A DNA stretch of 64,000 bases from Balanoglossus misakiensis (Eukaryota > Animalia > Hemichordata). Position 1 is the stretch's first letter, and each line of letters starts with the position of its first letter. The notes below the pieces were generated by a model. It was not told where the DNA came from, made no database searches, and saw nothing but the letters and a program-made list of their open reading frames with translations. The position numbers and the translations under genes were made by a program. Below, piece after piece: positions 27,201-40,379 of this stretch. The stretch is from contig CM082597.2 of NCBI GenBank assembly GCA_040954595.2, positions 4,841,244 to 4,905,243 on the forward strand. The letters are read 5' to 3'.

Positions 27201-30200
27201 TTGTTTAGCGTGACATACTATTCCACATGCCAATATATTACTGTAACAGTAAAGTTTAACACGCATATTGAAATGCATATGTTTCCCCAAAGAACTGTAT
27301 TGTACATTAATTACAAAGGACATGGACGTGTATCGCATTCCTTTCAACGTGTTCAATAGGCTCGAATGTAATTGTACGTCGTAAAATTTCTGATTGATTC
27401 CGAAATCATTCGTTTGTGAGAGAGTTCAACGACTGTGGTGCGTTACACGCCCTTGCAGTCCAACGCCGTAATATCTGTTCATCAATTTCACCACACATAA
27501 GAGAAAAACGACTTCTGCAAATCGTGCGAGTGACGCACTCAGCTCAACTGCGCCAACTTTTATTGTCAACACACAAAATTCAGCAGGGAAAATGACATTC
27601 ACTTTATTATGCCAGAGGTGACCGCTTCAAGGAAACTCTTTAAAGTTAAATACCAGTTATTAAACTTGGCTTTTATTGCGCAAATCTTTCTTTTCTGCCC
27701 CGGGAACAATTTCACTGGCTATTGATGGTCGTCGGTCGTCGTAGTAACTCTTAAATGGAGATCATCACGAAATAGTATGTCGTACGGGTACTCGTAATGT
27801 CCATGGCAGGTGGGGATAACTTTCCTACAATAAATTCTTTCATTACTGTCTTGTCCAACCCCGAGTAAACACAAGCTCGTGTGCTCAGTTACGTGTAAGG
27901 AAAAGCTTGGGGAACTCAATCGCCCTTATCAAATTTTACGTCTTGTTAAAAATGCAGGTACCCATTCTCGCTAGCTATGAATATGTGGATGCATATACTG
28001 ATCACGGTCAGGAGAGCGCCACCAAGGTCGTTAATAAAACATAACCATACATGTACAATTGTAAATTGTAGAATTCCTAATTGCTCGTGTTATAAATTAT
28101 GATTTTTGGCTATCAATTTGGCCCACATATTTCGCACATAACATCCACAACTCACATTGTTGATATGTGATAAGAAAATAGCTTTGATAAAAATTCATAT
28201 GGACTTTTAAAAACATTCATCATAAAATACAGGATTTCTGTTCTGAGGATATACATTATGTGCACGGTTTAAATCTGTCCTGAACCCTTATCGGAGTGGC
28301 TCACGTAATTCGTTGACATGTGCATGCACTATTCATGTAGTGGAAATTGTGGGAAGGTTTTCTCACACCAAAGTTGAGTGATAATTATCATTATATTAGC
28401 TGCACTCAGAAGGTGTTCTGGTTAGGAAATGGGAATTGAATAGTGCATTAATCAGCTCACTTTTATTAGGGTTCTTTTATCCGACTTCGGGAATGAGGTG
28501 TTTCTATATGTCATATGATTGGCAGACCGGCCATTTTTGAACAATTCAACGTGTTAACAGGTTAAGTATGTGGCACGCATTTGTACGAGTTGCGTGTCAC
28601 GCGAAACCTGACTGTAATTATCGTGATGTGTGGTAACATCTACACATATATTTTCCACAATCATTCTCCATGCATTTGCCGTGTCTCCTGTACTTGAAGG
28701 GAAACCTTCCCAGTATTTTGTATCCATTAAGGAATAGAAACATGCACACACGTCTGACTCTAGGGGAAAATAATATCAAACACTTGGAAAAGGTGTGAGC
28801 GTGGCATGATATGTTGCACGACCTTCTCGCGAAAAACTATAAAAAACAGCAAGTAATGTACACCGACAAGGTTACTGTGGTGTGTAGGCTATGGTGTGTT
28901 TTAGGTACATTTATATCATATGCACCTCACAGTTCCATCTTCTCATCGCTTGTCACCATGGCGCTGACATTCAAACACGCCCACCTTATATCAGATATCC
29001 CGGATTTGACATTCAGAATCGATCTCCTATGAGATGTGAACTTTTTTATCTTAATTTATTCGTAACAGCGGAGGCGTTCAATCCACACATGTTGAGTGAT
29101 TTTTCCATCAGTAAGTCACAACAATAGAAATTCTAGATGCTGAAGTTCAATGGTAAACCAGCTGCAGAGATTATCTTTTCTTGTCATTTTTCCAGAAGTT
29201 TGCTTTTTTGCATTGATAAAGGTTTTCATTTTAGTCAATAGGCCACGTTCATGACACCCATATAATCTTACATCCTTTCTCTGTTGCTATGGAGGTTTTT
29301 AAAATTGAATATTTTGGGACAAGAAACACGTTAAATGTTCCACTCTTGTAATTTGGTGCCGAATTTATCGACTGTAACTACAATTATGCAGTGGTTTTAG
29401 TCAAAGTATGTAAGACTATGGATTATGATAACCACGCACTGCATCTGGGTAGTCCCCTGCCGTCTGTTCGTGTCAGCGAATTTCCTTTTCAATAATTCAC
29501 CCACAATACACACAGTATGCAGTCTCTCTGGAAAGGAAACATGCATGTTCCTGTCAGCGTGTCAAATTATATATCTCTTGCGAGGGATTCAGTTGGAATT
29601 TAAAGGTTAGACATGCAACAGTGAAGCACACGACATGCACCTACAATTCACAGGTGCCCACGGGGCCATTGCGTTCAAGCACGACACACCTATCACTAAC
29701 AGATGAAAATGAAATGGGCTCCCGTGTTCAAGAAATGATATAGAAATAGTACAGACACAAATACACAAGAATAGATACATTGGCGCTTGGTTTTGTACAT
29801 GGGAGCTACAATGCTAAAAACACTAATGCGTGGCATCTTGCATTCATTGCAGCTGAGTACTTTTTGGCTTTATAAGAGCAAGATTATAATCCCCAAACAC
29901 TTGGACCAACCTTGCTTCACCCGTGTTTGTGATGTGTGCTGTAACAATTGTGGACATGTCTATGTACCACCTGTTAGTAAAAAGTTTATGATATATGGCA
30001 AAATTTCCTGTTTTTTATCCAATGCACATTGTGGTTCATTACCTCGGTGTAGTTTTTAAGCAATTATTGAATTATTCATAACATCTCCGCGTTTATCATC
30101 TTGTGACATCTTCTAAGGTTGCAGGTTCCGTCGGAAGCTCAGGCTTAGTTTAATAATCGATTGACTTCAATTGAATTTACTTAATTTGCTCTTTTGTCAC

Positions 30201-33014
30201 CAATATACACATCAGGGAAATGACAGCGCCAGTCTTGCTGGTCAATGAACTTTTGGAGTACAAGAAGCACCACCTAACACAAGAAGATGAAATATACTAT
30301 TCAAATTGATTACTTCGGGGTTAAGACATAAGTTCCCGGAGCAAACTTTCCTTAACAACACCTACACACAAACTTCATTAACTCATCAAAATTTAATTAT
30401 ATTTTGCACTTAACGCAAAGATGCTTGTGTAATCTTTTTGTCTCTCGCTCAAAAGAGACAGGGCAGAGTGTGTCTGCCTTTTATTCAGATATAGAGGTAG
30501 TCTGGTATTTTCTTTAACATGGCAGATGAAAGCAAAATCTAGTAAAGCCTAAAGTCCCCTGGGCTCAGAATGTCCCTACACCCACAACATGCACTGCACA
30601 GACAGGGAGGGAAGTATATGAAAAGAAAAGACTTTGATAAGCTGTCAGTCGTAAAGTTCTAAATTCTTAAGAAACATTAACCTGGCATTGGGATTTTGCT
30701 TCTTACATCGCAGCGTCAGTAGACACAATCACAATAATGGCAGAGTTCTCGCTTTTCGCAAGCCTTTTTACAAATATCACAAATGAGATGGATTTTAAAA
30801 GGGAAAAATCTAAACGGCCCTGTTACAGCCGCTTTCACTCATGAAGTTCCAAAGGATATTTTAAAAGCGGAAATGGGGAAACTGGGGTACTTAAGGAAGA
30901 TTAATTATTTGTGCGCTTATTATATGACATGTTTGGAACTGAAGAATGTTACACCATACAGACCTTAAATTTTAAGTTCATCAAGTAATAAATATTAATC
31001 CCACAGTAACAAGAAAGGTAAATCATCAATTATCTCCACACACACACTTTTCATATTTGGTGTGGTATGTATTGGCGGATTGGTTTTTTGTAAATGTGAT
31101 TACAAATGCATGGTGGGAACACTTGCATGAAAGCAATGATTTGAAGAGTGTTTTCTTGCCAGCTGATAAGCTCAAACATACAAAGAGAGAGTATTTAAAG
31201 GTACACGGTCACCGATGCGAATGCACCCACAGTTACCATGGAAAGTTGAGACATAGACAACGACAGATTTTCATGGTGGCCACACAGACACACACACAAA
31301 AGGGATATGGCCTGTGGTGTTAGCGGTTGAACGTGACACACCTTTGATCGTGACTTCTGGAAAACCGAAGTGTGCCCTTGGAGACATAGATAACTGATTT
31401 CAAAGTAAAAGAATGAATCTGACACAAGGAGAAACTTAATCAATGTGAATTGGGTAATCGGAAAGTCGACCTTTCCACAGCTAGTCTGATTGGTGAGGTG
31501 TTGAGTTGAATAACACTTTATTATTTTCTAATTTTACGTTGAGGTGAACAGATAACTATGAAATGCGATCACCTTCGCTCGAATGCCATTTGATTAAAAC
31601 CTCCTCTCTCATTCATGGATGATCGTGTTGCTATTGGTAACCAATGCGACATCAAATCTTTGACAGATGATACACAATTTTAATGCGATTCCTCATGTGT
31701 TTTTTTCTTCAATACTTATAACATTTATATTCTGTCCATATCTGCTTTTTCTTTTCTTCTTAAATAGTGACACTATTTCTACGCTGGTTCCTAATTTAGA
31801 CTGTACCAGTATTCACAATGATGTCTGGCTATCTCATATTTCGAAGACGAGAGTCTATTTGTAAATAAATAATTTAAACTTGAACAATGTAAACTGCATC
31901 AGAAGTGAATAGATTTGAGAATATTTCACCTGCCTCTATTCAATATTCTTACTGACCGAGGCCGGAGCGATTGATATACATCTATAGGAATGCATAATCC
32001 TTAAATATTTAACACCTCTAAGATTGGGAGCATTATCTCATACCTAATAGAATCAATGCATTTGTCTACTCGGAATGCAAAGTTCGTTCATGTACAAATA
32101 TCTCCTTCTCCCCTGTTCATAGATTCACCATGGGATGAGTTTCTAACGATTGTGTAAATTTATACATTCATCAAACCCCAAGGCTTTCCAGTGGTTCTAC
32201 TTGACGGAATCTTCACGCAAATCTCACTGTATTGAATAATGAAATATGGATGCCTGTTACATAAATGTTTAATCTTCCCTCCTTTCCTTGGGAATGCAGT
32301 TGGTAAGTGTGTCAACACTGTTCGAAATTGCTACATCTTATCACCTCAAAGATGTCCTCAACAGCAAAATATTGTTGATATACGAATCTTTTCCATGAAA
32401 AGAAAAAACCTGTACATCATACAAAATTAATAAACGCATACATCCGTAACTTTTTTCAGTGCGTAATGTAACTTAGAGTGAAGTGGGACGAGCATCCAAG
32501 TAACCCATTTTTTGGTTTCTGATACTCGCCTCCATATCGTGACTGATGTGCACTCATTGCATAGGAAAATACAGAGACAAAATTTCTTTCTACATTTTAT
32601 AAAGATTGGAATTATTTTTCAATGCACATACATACATTCTCCAAGGGAATGTTGATGTTTGCCAATACTAGAAGATGTGATTGGACCGATGAGTTTCTTT
32701 CTTTCCTGTCAATGGGTAAAACTTTGTCAATATAAATAATAGTAACATAATTCATAAGGGTGACCCAAATTTCTTGTTCTGTCTTCTTTAATAATACGCA
32801 TGCGTTATCCTGATTCTCTGAGGAATCATGACATGTTCCCAGAGATCTGAGTTTGTAAAGCATAAAGTAGAAATTGCTCGGATAAGCGCCCTCACCGGCT
32901 GAATCACCATCATTTCTTCCGTTCACAATTTGACTTCGATGGGAAGTGCATGATTGTGAGTGTACATAAACAATGTATAGGAAACCAAATTATTGTTCAA
33001 GTAAACAGTGTGCT

Positions 33015-33994
33015 CATAAGAGGTCGTACTAGTCATTGGCAAACAGTCTCAGGATTGATGGAAAGTAAGCATTCAGCCACTATTGTAGCTATTATATTTT
33101 CCACTGTTTGTAAGTGAAGCCTGGCTGCCGCCTGTCTTAGGTCACCACTTCATAAGCGGTCTTACCCGTCATTGGCAAACAGTCTCAGGAAGTAAGCGTT
33201 CAGCCTACCAATGTAGCTATTATATTTTCCACTTTTTGTAAGTGAAGCCTGGCTGCCGCCTGTCTTAGGGCACCACTTCATAAGCGGTCTTACCCGTCAT
33301 TGGCTCAAACAGTCTCAGGAAGTAAGCTTTCAGCCTACCAATGTAGCTATTATATTTTCCACTTTTTGTAAGTGAAGCCTGGCTGCCGCCTGTCTTAGGG
33401 CACCACTTCATAAGCGGTCTTACCCGTCATTGGCTCAAACAGTCTCAGGAAGTAAGCTTTCAGCCTACCAATGTAGCTATTATATTTTCCACTTTTTGTA
33501 AGTGAAGCCTGGCTGCCGCCTGTCTTAGGGCACCACTTCATAAGCGGTCTTACCCGTCATTGGCTCAAACAGTCTCAGGAAGTAAGCTTTCAGCCTACCA
33601 ATGTAGCTATTATATTTTCCACTTTTTGTAAGTGAAGCCTGGCTGCCGCCTGTCTTAGGGCACCACTTCATAAGCGGTCTTACCCGTCATTGGCAAACAG
33701 TCTCAGGAAGTAAGCGTTCAGCCTACCAATGTAGCTATTATATTTTCCACTTTTTGTAAGTGAAGCCTGGCTGCCGCCTGTCTTAGGGCACCACTTCATA
33801 AGCGGTCTTACCCGTCATTGGCAAACAGTCTCAGGAAGTAAGCGTTCAGCCTACCAATGTAGCTATTATATTTTCCACTTTTTGTAAGTGAAGCCTGGCT
33901 GCCGCCTGTCTTAGGGCACCACTTCATAAGAGGTCGTACCCGTCATTGGCAAACAGTCTCAGGATTGATGGAAAGTAAGCATTCACCCACTATT
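33015..33994. repeat. Minisatellite array 1: 128-136 bp unit, ~7.5 copies, near-identical
   Basis: Unit cataagcggtcttacccgtcattggc(tc)aaacagtctcaggaagtaagc...gcctgtcttagggcaccactt starts at 33015, 33151, 33279, 33409, 33539, 33669, 33797 and 33925 (partial). Confidence 0.97.
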
Positions 33995-35645
33995 AATTGT
34001 TGACAAAAACTGTTAACTGACTGGGACAATGAATGAACAAAAGAGGTGTGTACTGATCTGAGTGATGAAATGTGCTACGAGTAGAAAATTCCCAAGATCA
34101 TTCCAATATTGACTCAGAAAAAAGTTTACCCCTCCCCCATAATTATTGACAAAAACTGCTAACTGGCTGGGACAATGAATAAACAAAAGAGGTGTGTACT
34201 GATCTGAGTGATGAATTGGGTAAGAGTAGAAAGTCCCAAGATCATTCCAAAATTGACTCAGAAAAAGAGTAGATCCCCTCTAATTATTGACAAAAACTGC
34301 TGATTGGGACAATGAATAAAATAAACTGGTATGTAGTGATCTGAGTGATGAATTGTGAAGAGAGTAGAAAAGTCCCAAGGTCATTCCAAAATTGACTCAG
34401 AAAATGAGTAGACCCCCCTAATTATTGACAAAAACTGCTGATTGGGACAATAAATAAACAAAATTGGTGTGTACTGATCTGAGTGATGAATTGTGGAAAG
34501 ATTAGAAAAGTCCCAAGGTCATTCCAAAATTGACTCAGAAAATGAGTAGATCTCCCCTAATTATTGACAAAAACTGCTGATTGAGACAATGAATAAAATA
34601 AACTGGTGTGTACTGATCTGAGTGATGAATTGTGGAAAGATAAGAAAAGTCCCAAGGTCATTCCAAAATTGACTCAGAAAATGAGTAGATCTCCCCTAAT
34701 TATTGACAAAAAAACTGCCGATTGGGACAATGAATAAAGAAAATTGGAGTGTACTGATCTGAGTGATGAATTGTAAAAAGATTAGAAAAGTCCCAAGATC
34801 ATTCCAAAATTGACTCAGAAAATGAGTAGACCCCCCCCCCTAATTATTGACAAAAACTGCTGATTGGGACAATGAATAAACAAAATTGGTGTGTACTGAT
34901 CTGAGTGATGAATTGTGAAAAGAGTAGAAAAGTCCCAAGGTCATTCCAAAATTCACTCAGAAAATGAGTAGATCCCCCCCTTAATTATTGACAAAAACTG
35001 CTGATTGGGACAATGAATAAACAAAATTGGTGTGTACTGATCTGAGTGATGAATTGTGAAAAGAGTAGAAAATTCCCAAGGTCATTCCAAAATTGATTCA
35101 GAAAAAGTTTATCCCCCCCCCCTAATTATTGTTCAAAACTGCTGACTGGGACAATGAATAAACAAAAGAGGTGTGTGAAAAGAGTAGAAAAGTCCCAAGG
35201 TCATTCCAAAATTGACTCAGAAAATGAGTAGATCCCCCTAATTATTGACAAAAATTGCTGATTGGGACAATGAATAAACAAAACTGGTGTGTACAGATCT
35301 GAGTGATGAATTGTGAAAAGAGTAGAAAAGTCCCAAGGTCATTCCAAAATTCACTCAGAAAATGAGTAGATCCCCCCCCTTATTATTGACAAAAACTGCT
35401 GATTGGGACAATGAATAAACAAAAGAGGTGTGCACTGATCTCAGTAATGAATTGTGCCAAGAGTAGGAAAGTCTCAAGGTCATTTCAAAATTGACTGAGA
35501 ATGAAAGTTGACCCCCCTAATTATTGACAAAAACTGCCAAATGACTGGGACAATGAATAAATAAAAGAGGTGTGGTACTGATCCGAGTGATGAATTGTGT
35601 CAAGAGTAGAAAATTCCCAAGATCTTTCCAAAATTGACTCAGAAA
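33995..35645. repeat. Minisatellite array 2: ~138-146 bp unit, ~12 copies
   Basis: Unit aattattgacaaaaactgctgattgggacaatgaataaac...tcccaaggtcattccaaaattgactcagaaaatgagtaga(t)ccccc starts at 33995, 34141, 34282, 34420, 34559, 34698, 34842, 34983, 35124 (116 bp, internal deletion), 35240, 35381 and 35519. Confidence 0.97.
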
Positions 35646-36237
35646 TTATGAATGAATAAGACAGCTGTAGTGAGATGGGCCGTGCAAGTTGTTAGACTTT
35701 TGGAGCGGTTTGTTGTCCAATATAAATGAAGTGAGCTGGATAACAGCGATCGGTTTGGTTTACGGAAATTTCTAAACGAACCACACAAAACCACTTCGCA
35801 GTACATTGCAGAATGAACGTCTGATCCCTACAACCTCCCTCGTGTTTCCCCCCCCCCTCCCCCCAAGTAGCCATATTGGAAAATTTTCAGTAATTTCGTT
35901 CAGCGATCTGATCGAACACTATTTAGCTCTCAAATCACAGTAAAAGGAAGGCGATACAAAAGCCAAGGGTGAATGTGTTGCACTGATCTGCGTTAACAGA
36001 TCCCGTGAGGAGTACGGTGCCCAGAGTTCAACACTAACACCCTAAACTCTTGTGGCCTCTTTTCTCACACAGCTATATATAGAACGGTTATCAACAAACA
36101 ACATTCAACGGCACTGTCTCTAACACGGCGGTCATAACTCGCCAGAAATCACGAGTCTAGACGGAAATATCGGCCCCTCAACGAACTGCTAAGTAAAACA
36201 CGACTTATATCTCGCGATCCCTGAACCGGGGCTGGCT

Positions 36238-36666
36238 GTCCGGTAAGGATAAGGTGGACCAAATAACGAAAATTTGCACGGAGCCGAGGCCCAGTCCTCC
36301 TTCCTCAACAGACCCACGCCAACTCTCTGTTCATATACCGCATGGTATGTAGATAGGCTAAGCACGTGACCCAGAACGCGCTTCTGATTGGTGTATAACA
36401 GGAAATGTATCACCCACCAAGGGCGTGATGGAAACTTCCCATGTACATGATCTGAAACTTGCCAGACGTAAACAAGCACCTAGCAACGGTCACATGGCAA
36501 CACCAACACGCAAGTGAAGCCATACAAACACAACATTCCATCCGGTAGGGAGAAAACATGACTGATCTGGAAAAGTTGCACAGAGCCGAAACTTGAGGAT
36601 CCTTCTTCGACAGATCCACGCTAATTCTCTTCATAACACATAATAGACACTTCTGATTGGTGTACA
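36238..36666 (+). repeat. Diverged direct duplication, period ~300 bp
   Basis: tccggtaagga..gaaaatttgcacggagccga..acagacccacgccaactctc..cttctgattggtgta (36238-36396) matches tccggtaggga..gaaaagttgcacagagccga..acagatccacgctaattctc..cttctgattggtgta (36541-36666). Confidence 0.75.
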
Positions 36667-38162
36667 TTTTCACCAGAGTTCAAGTTGTATTTTTCGATGG
36701 TACTGAAAATGAACTCTGGCAAACTGCGTCATATTTTGTATTCCCTAGAGGTCACCCTAACAAAGTGACAAATTTCGGGTATCGGCTAGAGTGAGGAATA
36801 GCACACAATTGGTGATTGTAACATTGATCAGCCAGAACACATCAATGCGGATTTGGCTGCGAAGCCAAAATTATAATCACTGCCATATCCTATCCAGTGA
36901 ACAGAACATTGCAAAATGGACGATTTTCCACTGTCCTTGTTCAAAAGGTTGTCTACAGAATATCTTTGAGAAATTGCAGGCAGAGACATTTGTCAATTGT
37001 AATCGATGGTTTCAGCAGTGGTCTCAACAGTGCGAAGGCGCGACACAGTAAAATGTATAGAACGAGAAAAAAACGACTGCCAAATCAAATAACAGGAATT
37101 TTAATTAACCACTTTTAGGGTAAAGTTAGAAAAATAAAACATCTGACCAAATGAGCATCATATGTCAAGAGCAATGCGTTGGATATCTTGCTGTTCAGTT
37201 GATGGCAATTCAAACGCACGCAAACATCTGCCCTGTGGTTCGCAAATAAATCCTGGCGGCTCAGTGGGCAAAAGGGGATGAAATAGGAGTGTTTAAACTG
37301 GCCGTTTTTTGCATGGCAAGATTGATGTTGCCGGGGTGACTAATAAAGTTTTTGTCAAATTCAAATGTCCGTTATTTGATTGCATGCTGAGCCCGCTAAC
37401 TTGTTAAAGGAGTTAATAGTTCTGTTGTCTGTGTCACGGTATGATTAAGCGAGCGTTTCACACGATTAGAGACGGAAGATGTTTAGGTATCATTAATATC
37501 GACGTTTTTCCATTCTAAACACCATAGATACGGTCTGAGAGTGTACCGTCAGCAAAGGTGGAATTTCAAAACAATTTTACTACATGTACATCACAGAAGG
37601 CCTGGCTTATAGCTTGTCTGGGCAGTTAATTGAAAATTCCACACTTTAATGTTTATGTACCGTACTTGAATCCCCAGATAGCAAAATTAACGGTCAATAT
37701 GAGCAGATCACATTCTTCCTCGGAGACGACGTCGCACGGAGTATTGTCTACGTGGTGTGATGAAACTGAGCGAATTGCACATCGGCTTTCTTTGAAGGCC
37801 ACAAGATGAGGTGATACCAAATCCACGGTCAAGTTAACAGTGGCGATGGAAACGCGGTTAATGAATGATGCAGTCGGTGCCAACCAACGTCAGCGGGAAC
37901 GTACGTGCTTCGGCGAGGCAGCTGCTGTCCGGTGCTGTTTACATTCAGCGCCGCGGGGAAGCCTCTCCAATCGACGTCACCCTGAACCAGAGACAGAAGT
38001 GTAATCGATCACCCCCAATAACATGATGCGTGGTTCATGAGCACGTATTGCCTTCTCTGTCTTCCAGCGATTGCCTTATCTGCGGACTGCAATCTATCAT
38101 CCAGACTCGTTTCTCACACGACAATTCATTTCTCTGCAAACTTGACGTTGAAAATCGAACTG

Positions 38163-38345
38163 ACCAATTTACATGCCCGAGTCTTATAAAATGGAAATCT
38201 GTGATTGGCTCGATCTCTACCTTCCATGGTAACTAAGGCGAAACCGAAAACTTGAAATTGAAAATGGTACCAATTTGCATGCTTGAGTCTTATAATGGAA
38301 ATCTGTGATTGCCTTGATTTCTACTTTCCTTGGTAACTAAGGCGA
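38163..38345 (+). repeat. Direct duplication of ~78 bp, period ~106 bp
   Basis: accaatttacatgcccgagtcttata..ggaaatctgtgattg..ggtaactaaggcga at 38163-38241 and a close copy at 38269-38345. Confidence 0.85.
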
Positions 38346-40142
38346 TATTTTATAGGTGAACGTATACCTTGTCAAAGAACACACACTGAAACGGAACAAT
38401 CGAATTAAAAGAGTAAGTTGAAACCACAGTAGAAAAATCGCTTTTTATATATAAGGTCCCAAGCGGCCGGTATTGCATATTTATATCTGACAGGAGATTT
38501 TGTGACATTTCGTGATGGACAATTTTCCCAAAGAATACAAACTTGCAGTTTCATGATCCTAGACCAAACCGATTAAGAGCATATATGGGTATAATGTATA
38601 AAAGATGTATAGATTTTCTTTCAGATCACAAATTCGATTAAAGCAACGTGCTATTGTTAACAAGAAAAGTCCACATTGAGACCAACAAAAATCAGAAAAA
38701 GATATATTGGTGACAACACACGGCGAGAAGTTGATATTGATTTTTCCAGTTTATTTAAAGGTAAGTACATCACAATACATACATTTATAGGAGAAAATGA
38801 AGAATTATACACGTGTTGAATACATTTTAATAGTCTGATAAAAATATGGTGAAATACGAGAAACAAAAACTAACAAAACAATAAAACATCATATTAAATT
38901 TTCTAGAGGTAATATTAAACGTCGCAATCAGAAAGGGGACAATTCACGACAAACTTCAAATCAATGGTTCTGAATACGCATCGATAATCAGGCTTAAACT
39001 GTTTTCCATAAAATGTAGAATACAAATTAGGGATCACCGCGCAAAATCTTGAACGAGACTGAGGCAAAATTGCCTCAGAATGTCCCAAAGTTGTGATTGA
39101 TTTTTGTGTAAAAAAACAAGCTGAACGCCCAGTTTTCCTGTGTTCTTGAAGAAGAATCATCAAATACTTACATATCACAAATATTTTTAAGGTTCGGAGA
39201 CGTTCAATTTTTCTGGATATGAATAATGACAGTACAAGTTCTTATCTGAAGCAAATCCTATAAAATAACATGGATAATATGTATTTTGAGTGATGATTAT
39301 AACCAATCCATCTAAGATTTAAAAAAGATACCCGTTTTTCTTTCAAGATTCAATTTGGTAACGTGCGCCAACACCTCGAAGTCAATCCGCGCGCAGTGGA
39401 GATTTGATGTTCTCAGTGGCAAAAAACTGGCAAGGCAAAATACCCCTGGATTCGTTAATATCATATTGTGTGAGATGTTCTATATAAATTTATTTTTCTA
39501 CAACCATCAAAGGAGTCAAGGATATATGAGTGGAGAGTGATACATACCAAGCAGCTGACTTATAACACCACACCCACTAACATGTGAAATCATTGAAAAC
39601 GACATTGGAGGAGAAATAAATACCGTGGGGATAAACAGACAGAATACAGTGTCGGAATGCACATTACAAGCGTTTCGGGGATACTAGTAATTAAAGAACA
39701 TCACGACTCCCATGATGCGAGATTTAACACGAATGACCTCAATAATACGATTTTTTTTATTTGGGGATGCTAGGCCAGAGGTTATATGAGGCGAGGTTCT
39801 GACTATAAGCCGATCGGACTGAAGCCGATCGACTATGTCGTAATAAGAGCTGTAACGATACACAAAGGCACTTTGTAAATGAATTTCTAAAGCGACATTT
39901 TCGACCACTACACACATGGTATTTTTCATAGTTATAATACCATTCACCATTTTCTGTGTGTCTTTATTCGGTCTGCTTTTAGTACCTTGTTTCAAAGTAG
40001 GTTGTTACGTTTCACGCTGACCATGGCTGTACAGCAACTGTGAATGTTTTGACCATCGTTGTAAACATACAACCTGAACCAGACGCTGGATGAAATTATC
40101 GCTTTAGACCCACTTGTTTCATCAGAGAAGATAAAAATGACA

Positions 40143-40148
40143 TTTATT
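40143..40148 (-). terminator. Candidate polyadenylation signal (AATAAA) of the GPCR transcript
   Basis: tttatt on the + strand, ~230 nt downstream of the stop codon. Further candidates at ~39963, ~39756 and ~39488. Confidence 0.35.
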
Positions 40149-40379
40149 TTGATGTGATCATCATTTTTTTTTGTTTTTCATTTTTTTTATAACATGACTC
40201 GACTACTAATGATTGTTCAAGTTCTTGTGGACCATGTAAATAGATCTGGCGAGTAAACAGTAATAACAGGGAGACAATGTTCGATATCTTCGCCTGTGGA
40301 GAAAAAGCGCCACCTATTTCAAGGCGTACGACGTCTTTTGTTTTTTCCACCACTTTTCTTCTCCAACTGATTTCTGGTC

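Noticed and set aside
33015-35645. CRISPR-like array
   Set aside because: Units are repeated over their whole length with no unique spacers, there are no cas genes, and the context is eukaryotic.
33995-35645. Hammerhead/retrozyme array (ctgagtgatgaattgtgaaa resembles CUGAnGA...GAAA)
   Set aside because: The core spacing is wrong (CUGAGUGA) and no convincing stem II or stem III forms.
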